From: Dimorphilus gyrociliatus
Taxonomy: Eukaryota > Animalia > Annelida
NCBI GenBank assembly: GCA_904063045.1
Contig: CAJFCJ010000025.1
Location: 620,001 to 684,000 of the forward strand
DNA: 64,000 nt
Direction: 5' to 3'
The position numbers and the translations under genes were made by a program. Shown one piece after another: positions 12,370 through 27,139 of the stretch. Numbering within the stretch: position 1 is the first letter of the stretch; each line of letters opens with the position of its first letter. The notes beneath the pieces were generated by a model. It was given only the letters and a program-made list of their open reading frames with translations. It was not told the DNA's origin and did not search any database.

Positions 12370-13767
12370 TTCTTGTTCTATCCAACAGTCCTAAGTTATT
12401 AATGAATATTAGCAGAAGTTATTTATCAAGTATGATAACGTGAACAGGAGAGTTATCTCGCCTAAATTCGATAAAACGAGTCGATTGTTCTGGTGGAATG
12501 CTTTAGAGCAGTAAAGAAATTAATTTGTGAAGAATTTCTCTTTTTCACATGTATTTTCCGCTGTATAAAAAAATACGTTAGTCGTAAATTGGTTCAGAAT
12601 ACGATAACAAAGATTACGATAGGAAAATGGATTAATACGAAAAATTTGACTTTAATAGGGGATAAAGGACTAATTATATTAGACTTTTTTAACATTCTGT
12701 TTATCATATAAATAACGCAGATTTTCTTTGTTCAAGTTAGTTTATTGATGATTTTAAAAATATCTATTTTTAATGCTTGCGAAAAAAAAAATTCAATGCA
12801 GAAAATTACACAAAAAACACCAATTAATCGTACAACGCCCATGCCATTGAAATAAGTCGTGAAAGAAAGATGCCTTATTCAGTCAATAACGTACTTGATG
12901 AAATTGTCATTGATTCATCTCATTGGGAGAAGTTTCCTAAATACAATGTTGAAACAATAGCGAGGCTTAACCATGCGACAATCTGTTTCCAGCTGTACTT
13001 ATACACAAATAATGGGATAACGTCGTTTTCATGTTTTGCAAAGATTCCCAGGCAAAGGTGAACTAGATCTTTATTTCAAACCTTGCTTCAACGGCCGATA
13101 AAGCCGTTCCCCTAATAATAAAAAAACAACTTCAGAGTGCAATGAACGTAGGCTTAAATTTTAGATTAATTTAAGTTACGATAGCTTACCAACACAACTA
13201 GTTAAGCTCGAGCAGAGCGGCAGCACCAATCATTCCATTTCTGTACAAATATAATCGTGTTATAAAGTCAAATAAAAATATAAATACTAATAAAGTGGAA
13301 ATATAAGGTAAACTTTAAACGATGTTAATATATTTAGTACTTAGAAAGCTATTATTATTAAACAGAAATCTACATTTAATCAGTTAAAGTTCAATATGAA
13401 ATACTTAATAAACGAAAAATTCAATTTTGTTCAAAAATATTTTTTACTTAATTGGTTATAAAATTTCGGCAATTTAAGGAATACATCCTAGTTAGTATCT
13501 AGGTGTTAACTCTACCTAGTTTAATTGAATGTTGTTTGATATATGACAATTTATTTTCTTCAACAGTGAAAAAATAAAACATGGCCGCTGTCCACTTTAT
13601 AAAAGTCGAAATTTTCATATTAAACGCTAGATAGTGCTTTTATAAAGTTTAATGCAGGCATATGAAACTGTTAATAAATTTTTTGCTTTAAATAGAATAA
13701 TATTTCAGGTCTATAAAGGCATAAATTACAAGATAATTCTTTGAAAAAACTTACCGGCGGCTTCCAC

Positions 13768-13787
13768 ACGGAAGCAGGGGGCGCTAC
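13768..13787 (+). promoter_or_regulatory. CTCF-like motif
   Basis: ACGGAAGCAGGGGGCGCTAC contains CAGGGGGCGCTA, the strong core of the CTCF consensus. Confidence 0.45.
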
Positions 13788-14529
13788 AGAGAACATTTTT
13801 GTCACATTTAATATCGGTCTTTTTTTTTTTACCTTAAACAGTGCCTATTCGAATACACATATTGTAGCAGACCTTCCTGGTTAATAAAAAAGTTTTAAAG
13901 GTGTTTTTTCATATGGGATAGGAAGGCGTGAAAACGAAGAATATCTTGGATATTACTAATAATCAAATAAAGTATGTTATCATCATTATTATATGCATTA
14001 TCTAATAGCAGTTTAATGTAAAAATGCACGATGTAAACTGGGTGTTTACCAGAGTTCTTTGGATTGACCATCCTCTTAAATGCTCTTTAATATACTCTAA
14101 CTAAGCTTGTATCGTGTCAGAAAGTTTTAAAATATGGTAGGAAATTTTTATAGCATCTACTTCAATAACAATAGAATGTCAATGAGTTCACTATGTTGTC
14201 TAGTATCGATTTTTCAAATACTTAAGCAGTAATTTCTTTTTTGATTGAATACAAGTCATATCACATAGTCAAGGTGTTTCCTTATAAAGTTCTTTAAACA
14301 TAGATACTCGAATTGGATGTAGGAAAATAAGATATACCGAACAAAGTCATCTAACAGGGGAGGACAACAATACGAAGCCAAATATTTCAAGGCTTAATCA
14401 TTGATCAGGTTCTTCCAGACCTTTAATCATCAACTACATACCGATTTGTTAGTATTTTTCTTATTGATTTTCATAATTGTCTTGAAAAAGTTTAATAATC
14501 GAGTTTTTGTTTACAATTCACAGCGTGAC

Positions 14530-17045
<2,516 letters not shown>

Positions 17046-18510
17046 AAAATTATAATCTTTTTTATTATTCTTTTCTTTCTCTATGCATATTTTTCTTTTT
17101 TTTTTTTTATTTGTACGACTTTTCGTGCTTTGACTACTATTTTTTTTATCACATAATTGCTTTTCTTTAAGCTGTGATGTTCTAGGAAAAGAGAGAGAGC
17201 GAGAGAGAGAGAGAGAGAAACAAACAAACATATTTTATCCTAAAACTTACTTTCCCATCCCAGAGTAAAAACAAAATTGTGATAGAGTGCTTCGTTACGA
17301 ATCTATTAACTTTTTATTATGTAATAGAAGAAAAAAAATTATTGTTAACACGTCTAAAAAAACAGTTCGTTACCTAACGAAAACCACAAAAAAAAAAGAA
17401 AACATTCGCCTGATTTATGATCGTTAAAGACTTTGAAAATTAAAAAATTATAGTTATATTTTTTTTGGTCTACCTACTAACACGGAATATTAATATTTAT
17501 ATATAATTATTATATTATATATAATTACTAAAATACTTTTTTCAAAAGATCTTAGCAAGCAGAGAAAAGATACTACTAAAAAATATTCGTATATTCTATA
17601 AAATCTTACTTCTCGTTACATTTTGATAAATACGTAACGTATTATTCTTTGTTAACTTTCCGTTAAAAAGAAACAAATAAAAATGGAAAATAAAGATATT
17701 TGTTTTTTTTTATTCTGCATTCTGCTAATAATTTTCACTTTTCATTAAAAAGAAAAAGCTAATTTAACAGTCTAGTTCTTTTAAATGTTTCTTTTTTAGA
17801 CAATATAAACTTTTTAAGAATACAAATTGTATAAGAGAGAGCTTAAAACTTGTTAACTATTACTATATTCAACTAAATATAATATAATATATATAGTATA
17901 TATTGGTACATTTTTGATTATCTAATCTCTTAATATACAGCTCTTCGATAACGATAGCATTTCTGTATATAATCTTTTACTGATAAAATTAAAATTTCAC
18001 CTTTCTAGAAAGCAAAAACTGTTGTCATAACGTTATTAAATTAGTAATATTAAAACAACTTAACGTTAGTTAGGTTAATTTACTCTCTCTTCCGGCTATT
18101 AATAGTTTCTCCTTCGTTTTGAATGAATTAATTCATGACGAGGTCAAATGAGTTTGTTACCTTTGTGCTATCCGATGAAAAAGGTTAGATTAAGGGTAAA
18201 AGGTAGGTCAATTCCTCACTTTCCTCCTCTTTCTTTCGCATAGGAACTTTACATGAACCAGATTGGGTAAGTTTATAATGATAGCTAATGGGGGACACCA
18301 GAGGGGTGTCTCCGTGAATTGTCGTTACGAGATGCAATAGAGGGTAACCTTGTCACCATTAGTTGACCTGTATTATATAACATTTACTTGTTATACAACG
18401 TCTGTGGTCGTTACATAAGAAACGATATATGACCCATTGGTCAAGTTCAACTAAGGTAATTCAAAGTTTAAAGTTCGTGTATTAAAGACAATAGATATCG
18501 TTAAAGGTCA

Positions 18511-20841
18511 TCAGTCCGTAGGAATATGTATTCTTATGACATAAGTCTTATCCAAAAGTTCCTGAGGAGGGTAAGGATTCTTTGTAATGATGAAGAATTT
18601 GAAATTCTTTGTTCTTATATCTATAAAACGATTTTTTTGATATTCATCGCTATCCTTCTTTCTAATCAGTTTCGTGTATCTTTTTTTTAAATAAAGAAAC
18701 TCATTATAAGCATATTTTACCCCTTTGAACAATACTTTAACTTACTTTTCCTCTTCAAAAATACTCCAATCCATAATTGAATTCATTAAACCTTTTTCAA
18801 TTTCATCAAATCTATCGGAAACTGTATCAAACATATCAACTTCCATCATATCTAAGACAGCCGGTTTACCATATCTAAATATTTATCAATTGTAGTTAAT
18901 AGTATGTGTGTGTGTGTGTAAGTTAATTACTTCGGGCTTAAAAGGAACACAAATACCTTAAAGCACCTAAGATGCACAAACGAATTTTCTCTGGTTCCAT
19001 TTCGCTTAGATTTAAAGCATTCAAGTAATTTGTATCTCGATATCTCAGAAATGTTGAAGCTTGTCCACTTATATCAATAATTAATGGCCATCTTTAGCAA
19101 AAACAACAATAATAATTAAACTATCTGTCATTTTATTTATATTTCCACTTACTTTCCCGACTCCTTGATACGATTTCCAACATCTCTAAGTAAAACGTCA
19201 TCCAACTCTCTTATATTTACCTTCAATCCAGGTAATTCTTCTTCGTTTTCATCACCAATAACTTCCTTTTGTTTTTCTCTTAATGCCAATTTTGCTTCAG
19301 CTAATTTTTCTCTAGAATTTTCCAATTGTACTTTAGCCATTTCGAGTTCTGCTTCCGCGTCTTTTATTGCCGAAATAGTAATTGAAAGTTTGTCAAATCC
19401 ATTAGCAACTGCCTTATCGTGTTCATAAATCCTTTTTTCTAATTCGCAGGATAGTTTACACACCTATATAGAGATATATATTTGCATAATATGGCACGCT
19501 CTTTTAAATCAATACAAACTTGTTTTTGTAGTACTTTATACTCTTTATCTTTGTTCGAAACTATATCTTCCAATCTTTAAATTGAGAAGAAATTTTGATA
19601 ATTTCTTGGATTATAAAAATAAACATAAGTAATTTTAAAATACTTGTTTGTTTCAATTTCTTTCCTCTTCCTATCTTCTTCCAATCTTTTGTTTTTCTCT
19701 TCTTCCAATCTGTTTAAAAGTTTTTCCGTTCTGTTAATATCCCAATTCTCTAATAAACTGATAATAGGATCCTTCGATGCTATCTGCAAGTTATTAATTG
19801 CGAATGATATTTTGTGTGTACTGTGGTTAACGTTTAACATGTTAAATTGTTATTGCTTATTACGTGTAATGGAGTTTGTCCGTCATTTGCATAGATTCTA
19901 GGATCTGCTCCTCTTTCTAATAGTTCCTTGAAGAATAAATGATATTTTTCATAACAAAGTTAAAGTTCTTAAAAATTTAAAGAACCTCGACAACTTCGCA
20001 ATGTCCCGCAAAAGCCGCCCTGTACAAAGGCGTTCTTTCGAATTGACCTCTTGAATTTGGATCGGCACCTTTTAAAAGTAGTAAACGAACTGTGTCTTTG
20101 GCACCTCCACCTAAAGTTATTAATTAATCAAAATATTTTTCATACACTTTACTCTTGAAGGGTAATCAATTACTTGCTGCTTCCGATAGTGGAGTATTAC
20201 CATGGGCGTCTTCACAGTCAATCAAATTCATTTGATGCTTATTTCTTAGCGCCTTTCCAACAGTATCATGACCTATATTTAATTTATCGTCCATAGCTGA
20301 AACTTCTTTAAGTAAATTTTCAATGACGGCATTATCACCGTCGAAAGAAGCTTCTAACATTTTCTTTTTTCTAATATTCTCTTCTTTTTTTCGGTTTCTT
20401 TCCTCTTCCTCTTTTTTTCTTTGCTTTTCATATTTCTCCTGTTCCATTTTTACTAGTTTGGCAAAAGCTTCTTTCTCTAACTTATCCATTAATTCTTCAT
20501 ATTCTAATTTCTCTTGTTTTTTTTTCTGCAAAGACTTTTTGGCAAGAAAGTGTCTTATTTCTCTCTGTATTTTACTTGCGGCGTCATCTTCTTTGGTCCA
20601 TTTTTTAACTGATTTTGGAGGTTCTTTAGATACAGTTGCATTTTTAGCGGGAGTTTTTTGTACTGATTTTGAAACTTGTACTTTTTTTGAGGTTGCTAAG
20701 GTGAATGTTAAGTAGTATAGAAATGTGCAAATTTATATTTGTTTAATGAGTACCTAGAGGCTTCTTTTGAGTTGCCTTAGAAGAACTAACTGCTCCTGAG
20801 GCCTTTGTGCTTTTTACAGGAATTGTCTTTTTTGGAGGCAT
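18511..20841 (-). CDS. IQANK1: IQ motif and ankyrin repeat domain-containing protein 1
   Basis: MPPKKT...; IQ motif 'AASKIQREIRHFLAKK'; coiled coil; 'LEASFDGD'; ankyrin 'DCEDAHGNTPLSEAA'; C-terminal 'GKPAVLDMMEVDMF...FKFFIITK'. Confidence 0.88.
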
Positions 20842-21079
20842 TTGTGTCGTATTTCGCTAAAAACTTTGTAAATTGCTTTTAATATCAGCCATTTGTAAAC
20901 AAAACAGGACCGCACTGAAAATTTGTAATGGTTAAAATATTTACTTAAATAAATTATCTTTGACAAAAATCTAGTAAATTAATTAAAATAAAATTCATGA
21001 AATGTTAGTATTTGTTTAAATTTATAAAAAAAATTATTCGAACATCATCTCTTAGGAGCCATTTTGAGATATACATAGT

Positions 21080-21909
21080 GCTTGCGCAGCGTTGATCAAG
21101 CGTTTCTGCAATAATCATTCCGGTTATCAGCTAATTGTAAGTAAATTATATAATTTTTTATGTAAAGGGACTAAAGGGACGTGTAGTTAATCACTGTTGT
21201 ACTTGTTGCTTCTATTTTAGATATATTGTCATCTTCGAGGTACCGAATTCTGTTTCTTATATCAATAATTTATAAATTTTCTTTAATTGATTTTGAATAA
21301 CATTCTTCTTTAAAGAATACAATTTTTTAATTGGTTATAAATTAATTTACCTTTAACAAATTGTCGCTATTCATGCGCTTATCAACTGAACGAAATTCGA
21401 TATCAGTTTTAACTCTAAACCAACGTTTTTTTTAATATAGTTTCGAAAGAAAAAAGCTCAGTTTTCTCTTATCAAAAGATTTGAATGAGCTTTTTATTCT
21501 TTTTTTCTCCTAATATAGTTTAAATATTTTTGACTATTTTAAGAATTTTTATTAGTACAACTAAAACCTTTCTTTTTCTATAACCATCTTGCACTTGAAA
21601 CCCTCTTTTCTATCATAACCAACAGCTTAATTTTTTTGTTTAGATTAAGGGCAATAAATGAAATATCCTTAACACCTACTAGTTTAATATTTTGTCTGAT
21701 GGTGAGTGCTGTTATTTCTTTTCTCCTTGCCTCTCCCCACCCTCCTCCTTATATATTTCTCACTCTCTTTCTGTCTCTATCTCTCTTGAGCATACAATTC
21801 TCTAAGTTACGTTGAATTGTATAAATAAAACATTTAAATGTTTCAGGTGGCCAGTCTTTGAATTTTAAGCAGCCAAACTGTTGCCTAACACAGTCATAGC
21901 ACCTAGCAG
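21080..21909 (+). other. Candidate non-coding 5' leader exons of the G-gamma locus
   Basis: Donor att|GTAAGT at 21137. Internal exon 21847-21909 bounded by tttcAG and cag|GTAATT. No ORF. The 5' end (about 21080) is a guess. Confidence 0.5.
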
Positions 21910-22514
21910 GTAATTCATTCTTTTAAAGATTTTAAAGTATATTCTATTAAAACGCATGTTATAGACTTTTATCATGTAAGTTGAATCAGTATTGATGAAA
22001 AATGATTAGCCGTCTTTCTTTTATATATCAGATATATTACTTCCTGAAAACTAAAGGAATTGTTATAGATTTTTTTTATTATAAAAAGTATTTTATATTA
22101 CGCTTAAAAAAGAAATCATTTCAATATTGATCCAATCTATAGAAAATAGAGAATCATAAAAATGAGATTAAGAACATATGTATATTCAATCTATCAAATC
22201 TTTTGTTACTTACACCATCATATACTCTTATTCAATTATTACTTTGTTTGGGATGGTAACGATAATATATAACATTAGAAATATGCTTATTTCTGTTGAT
22301 GAATGTATAATATCATAGATTGCCTGGAATAAAATTAATTTATTATATAAAAAGCTTTTTTTATCAGATAAGTTCAAATAAAACATATTTACTTTCGTAT
22401 ACAAGAACTTTATTGCTTCATTAATCTCATTGTTTCTAATTTAGATTAAATCAGTTTCTTTCTCAATAGAAATGAATGTTAGTTGTGTGTTTTGAGTTAT
22501 CCTCTTTTGTTAGC

Positions 22515-22712
22515 ATGTCCAGCACCACTCAGCAGCAAAAACTTCTCGAGCAATTGCGAGTGGAAAGCCAAATGCCAAGAATGCAGCTTTCAAAGTCGTT
22601 AAAAGAATTTGTGGCCTACGTTAATTCAAAAGGATCTAGTGATCCCTTTCTAGTTGGAATCGATAAGAAGCAAAATCCTTTCCAAGAGAAGAATTCCTGC
22701 GTTATCTTGTAG
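22515..22712 (+). CDS. Heterotrimeric G-protein gamma subunit A (65 aa)
   Basis: MSSTTQQQKLLEQLRVESQMPR...DPFLVG..KKQNPFQEKNSCVIL*: GGL fold motifs with CaaX (X=L). The ATG sits 1 nt after the acceptor ttttgttAG. Confidence 0.95.
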   Translation: MSSTTQQQKLLEQLRVESQMPRMQLSKSLKEFVAYVNSKGSSDPFLVGIDKKQNPFQEKNSCVIL

Positions 22713-23143
22713 TTTATTGTGCTTTTTTAAAGTGTTGTTTGTAAATTTTTGTTAGCACCAGTGCATGATGTATGATTGCTTATTTTTTTAAGGTTAAATG
22801 ATTATCTTCATGGTATTATAATACCTTTTTTTTCTAAACGAGATATATCTTTATAAAAACGAAAAAAAACAAATCATAACATGAAAAAAATCACAATGGA
22901 TGAATTATTAAGAATTCACTGAGAAATCTTGAATTTTTTCGAATTATTTAACAGAACATTTTTTTTTTACCGATAATGATATAATAATTCCTCCATGACT
23001 AAAGCTATTTGTTTATTCTGTTGTAAAGTAGCGCATGATGGTTCTGAATTTGCTGAAATCTTTTTAAATGTACAATGTAATGAAAACTTGATGAGCCTTA
23101 TTGTTTTGATTCTTGGAACAATGTCGATTTTTCATTTTCAGTC

Positions 23144-23344
23144 ATGTCGAATGTACAACAACAAAAGAAGATGGTTGAGCAATTAAGACTAGAATGCTCT
23201 ATGGAGAGAAAAGCTGTCTCACAATGCGTTAAGGATATGATTCATTTTATGGAGGAGAATAATAATAAGGATTTCCTTGTTATCGGCTTTGCGAATAAGA
23301 AAGATAATCCATACCAAGAGAAGAGTGGATGTAGTGTTCTGTAG
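23144..23344 (+). CDS. Heterotrimeric G-protein gamma subunit B (66 aa), protostome G-gamma1-like
   Basis: MSNVQQQKKMVEQLRLECSMER...DFLVIGF.NKKDNPYQEKSGCSVL*, with CaaX (X=L). The ATG sits 2 nt after the acceptor ttcattttcAG. Confidence 0.95.
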   Translation: MSNVQQQKKMVEQLRLECSMERKAVSQCVKDMIHFMEENNNKDFLVIGFANKKDNPYQEKSGCSVL

Positions 23345-23629
23345 ATTGTTTAAATTGTGATTTGTTTAATGTGGTGTTGTGCTTTTGTACTTTTGTGAAA
23401 TATTGTTTAATACGCAATATTTAATTATTGCTTTCGACTTTGTGAAGAAATTCAAGTCTTATTTGAAAGATACCGTCATGTTGTGTAGTTTGCATTATTT
23501 ATCATAAATGTTCTGCTAATCTATATATTAAAAAAAAAAATTTGACATGTTTGCTAAAATAAAAATCTCATCAAAAACCTCGTTTCAATCACGTCTTGCG
23601 CTGATTTTTATTTTATAAGTTCTATTTGC

Positions 23630-25672
23630 CTAAGAAGACTCATTCATTAACTTGGAATAATTATGAACAGCATTGACAAAAGTTTGAACACTTTCAGGAC
23701 ACATATCAGGATACATTCCGTGTCCAAGATTCGCAATATACTTTTGAGTTCCAAAATTCTTCAACATCTTTTTTACATTGTCTTGAATATCATTCTGGTT
23801 TGAGAGAAACATACAGTTGAATGGAACAGAATGTCAAAAGAAGTAATGCATAGTTACCTCAGACCCATAAAGTGCACAGGGATCTAGATTTCCTTGTAAG
23901 GTGACCTTCTGTCCAGCTTCATGTCTACATAGACAAAGAGAGTAACCAGAAAAAAGATGGTTTTTTTTATATACTAACAAACCTTGCTCTCATTGGTTTA
24001 ATTGTCCAATCTAAACTGATGATATCAAATCCAGTTGTGGCTAATTCTTCGATGCCGTAATGAGCATCTTTAGCAAATATCGTCTGCAAGTTTCAACGTT
24101 GAATTTTGTTGTTCTTCTCATAATTATTTATTTTAATTATATATTATAAATAAAATATTACCATTGGCACATCGATATTTAATCTTTTCAAACCACTTTT
24201 AACACCTTCAGCTATTTCTTTAATATAAGGTAAGAGGAAAGTCTTGAAGCATTCTGGTGTTAAAATTCCAGCGTGTGATTCAAAAACTTGCAACATCTGA
24301 AATGGACAGAATGATATTAGTATCTAGGGAGGTAATAGACCCTACAGGTGAATTCTTACTTGAGCGCCAGCGACAACCTGATCTATTAAAAATTCTATTA
24401 AAAGTTTCGTCAGACTCTTCAATAAAATATGACTATCCTCAGGATATTTGTATAGCCATGCTTTAGCTTTCGATTGGGTTGAAGATCCACCTCCTTCTAT
24501 CATATATGCCATCAGCGTCCACTTTTAGAGAAGAAATAAACTTAGTAGAATTTAATTTTACTTTTACTTGTATAAAAAGACTTACAGGACCGCCGCAAAA
24601 ACCTATTAGGGGAACTTTTCCATTCAGGGTATGTCTTGTAAAGGTTAAAGCGTCCAACATATATTGAAGTTCCTCTTTAACATTACAGTTTAAATTTAAA
24701 TGTTGCAAATCACTGGGCTCCTTTAAGACCTGTGGAAAGGTTGGACCCTTTCCAGGTACCATTTGAACTTCCATACCAACTGCTTGAGGTATAATCAAGA
24801 TATCAGAAAAAATAATGGCTGCATCCAGATCGAAACGTCTCAGTGGCTGTAGAGTCACTTCACAGGCCAACTCAGGAGTTCTGCAAACTTTAAAGAATTC
24901 ATTTTCTGCCCTGACTTCTCGAAATTCTAATTGAAAAAAAAGAACGTAAATTAATTGTTTTTATAAAACAAATTTCTATATTATATAGTTATTAATTAAC
25001 CAGGCAAATATCTTCCCGCTTGTCTCATTACCCATACGGGAACATGTTCCGTTTTTTCACCTCTCGCCGCTCTCAGGATAAGGTCATTGATAAGAGGAGG
25101 AAAAGGCTGGAAAATCAACAAAAACAAGACATTTACCGACTGTAGAGTATGTTTATGTTTTTAAAAAAGATCGCTTGTGAATGTTGTTTATTAAAAATAA
25201 GCATCTACTCTAATTGAAAAATAATATCTTTTAATTATTTCCGAGAAGTTTATCATTAACTTTAAAGAGAAAATATTTTTTTTATTCGACTTTTTTTCAT
25301 TTAAACCCTTAGGGTAGTTATAAACTTTAAACATGATAGAATATCTCAGAGAAAAAAATTATTAAACAATATTTTTTAGAATTTTACGGTCTTTTTAAAA
25401 CGTTTCTTAAAGTGAGTTGCAGTGGGGTCATAAAAGAGGTAGATTACAAGAAAGTAACGAAAGAATAGGTGCTAGCAGACGATTTAAATTCAACTAGTTA
25501 ACTTTTTTTTTACTTGCTTATAATATACCATTAAATTAAATAATTGTTTCAATGAGAAACAATCATTCCTTGTTTTTAAAAGTGTTTGATCAAATGTTTA
25601 TGAATAATTATACAGAACTACACGAGTATTTAACTTTTATCTAACCTTTCCACTCGGATCGACAGCCGCCAT
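23630..25672 (-). CDS. UROD: Uroporphyrinogen decarboxylase
   Basis: First exon MAAVDPSGK (25672-25646) splices to [29 protein letters not shown]; later [27 protein letters not shown] and NLGHG motifs. Confidence 0.96.
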
Positions 25673-25975
25673 TTTGAAGTGAATTTAAGTTTTCGTAATT
25701 TAGTTCAGAGTCACATACAAAAACACATAGAGATAAAATATAAATTAAAAAGATAATCGCCAATCATTATAATTTGAGAATATTTAATACGAAGACCAAA
25801 AATATTAGCAGACAACATAAAAATTAAGGGAGTCGATTTTCAATGTAATTTTTGTTCCTTTCTTTATTTTGATGTACAGAAATCAACCTATCATATAAAG
25901 CAAGAGAAATTTCATCAACAATTTAACATTATATCTTACAGACTCATTTAAATAAGAAGAAATTCGCAAGCCCCA

Positions 25976-26960
25976 ATGAGCAGCCAGCGTAAAACTGCAA
26001 ATATTCTTGATAGACCACTATCAAAAGGAAAAAGTGAAGTAAGCAGGGAACATTCCCTCTAGGGGGTAATCTATATTGAATAAGATTAACAATAAATTGC
26101 TTTTTTTAATAGGTTAATATTAGCACTTTCGCTTTCCTTTTCTCTGAATTAGTTCATTATGCAAGAACCCGAGTGAAGCAACAAACGAATAATGAACTCC
26201 ACGATAAGTAAGAAATAGATATATTTAATACAGTTCTAATCAATTTTAAATTATTTTTAAAGACTAGCCGATTTTGGTAAACACGTCGGCAGTCGTCTTG
26301 TTGACGTTCTGTTTCTTAGGGAAAGAAGTTATAAAAGAGAAACGAAGCTCCTAAACGTATTATTATTTATCAAATCGAACCTATGGAAGGTATAAAACTG
26401 TCATATATAGGAAGAAATGTATTAATTAATTAATACATTTTATAAATGTTAGAGTCTTTTTGGTAAGGAAGCTGATGGTCTAGAAAAGGATAATGAAGAG
26501 GATAATATATGTAAAAATTAGTTAAATATACTTGTTTAAGAATTATATAGTATCATTCTTGCTTCATCTCTAGATTACGTAACAGAAAAGGAGCCTTTAG
26601 TCAACAAATTTGTTTCATTAAATACGGATCATGGTAAGAGATCTAAATATTATTGCAAATTGCTTCTAAATGTGAACAACAAGACTTATTGACAATCTTA
26701 TAATTTTGTAGCTAAAGAAACATACAATGTCAATTGTGCGGCTTTTATCTCAGGAATAATTGAAGAAGTGTTGAATTGTTGCAATTTTGTAAGTTTGAAC
26801 AAAATTTTAAATATGTACTACCTTTTAAATGCTCTTTTTCTTCATTTTCTTCACTATTCAGCCAGCAAAGGTTACTTCCCACTGGCATCAAGGAACAGCA
26901 TTTCGAATAATATTTGAAAAATCAATGATAAAGAAAGATAAGCTATTAGAAGCAAAATAG
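25976..26960 (+). CDS. TRAPPC5: Trafficking protein particle complex subunit 5 (Trs31)
   Basis: Seven small exons: ILDRPLSKGKSE|VNISTFAFLFSELVHY...LADFGKHVGSRL...LLFIKSNLWKSLFGKEAD.LEK...NCAAFISGIIEEVL...PAKVTSHW. Confidence 0.93.
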
Positions 26961-27139
26961 TACAAGAGACTAGACGAGAGACTACAAAAAAATATTTATA
27001 GGATCCGGTTGAATTCTGTTCAAATAGATGCATTAGTATAATACAATGATGTTTAAGCTATTTCAAAAACAATTTTTAATATTTATGTATTTGAAGTTAT
27101 TAATTTTACAATGAAGGGCAAAACATAAACTTCAATCAG

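Noticed and set aside
12870-13061. 63-aa plus-strand ORF, and a hydrophobic minus-strand frame punctuated by TGA, in the SLC22/Src spacer
   Set aside because: No recognisable motif or splice partners. Reading TGA as Trp does not give a recognisable mitochondrial protein, so a NUMT or recoding call is unsupported.
19165-20715. Plus-strand ORFs 19165-19428, 19644-19901 and 20323-20715
   Set aside because: Antisense shadows of the Lys/Glu-rich IQANK1 exons (Phe/Ser-rich translations).
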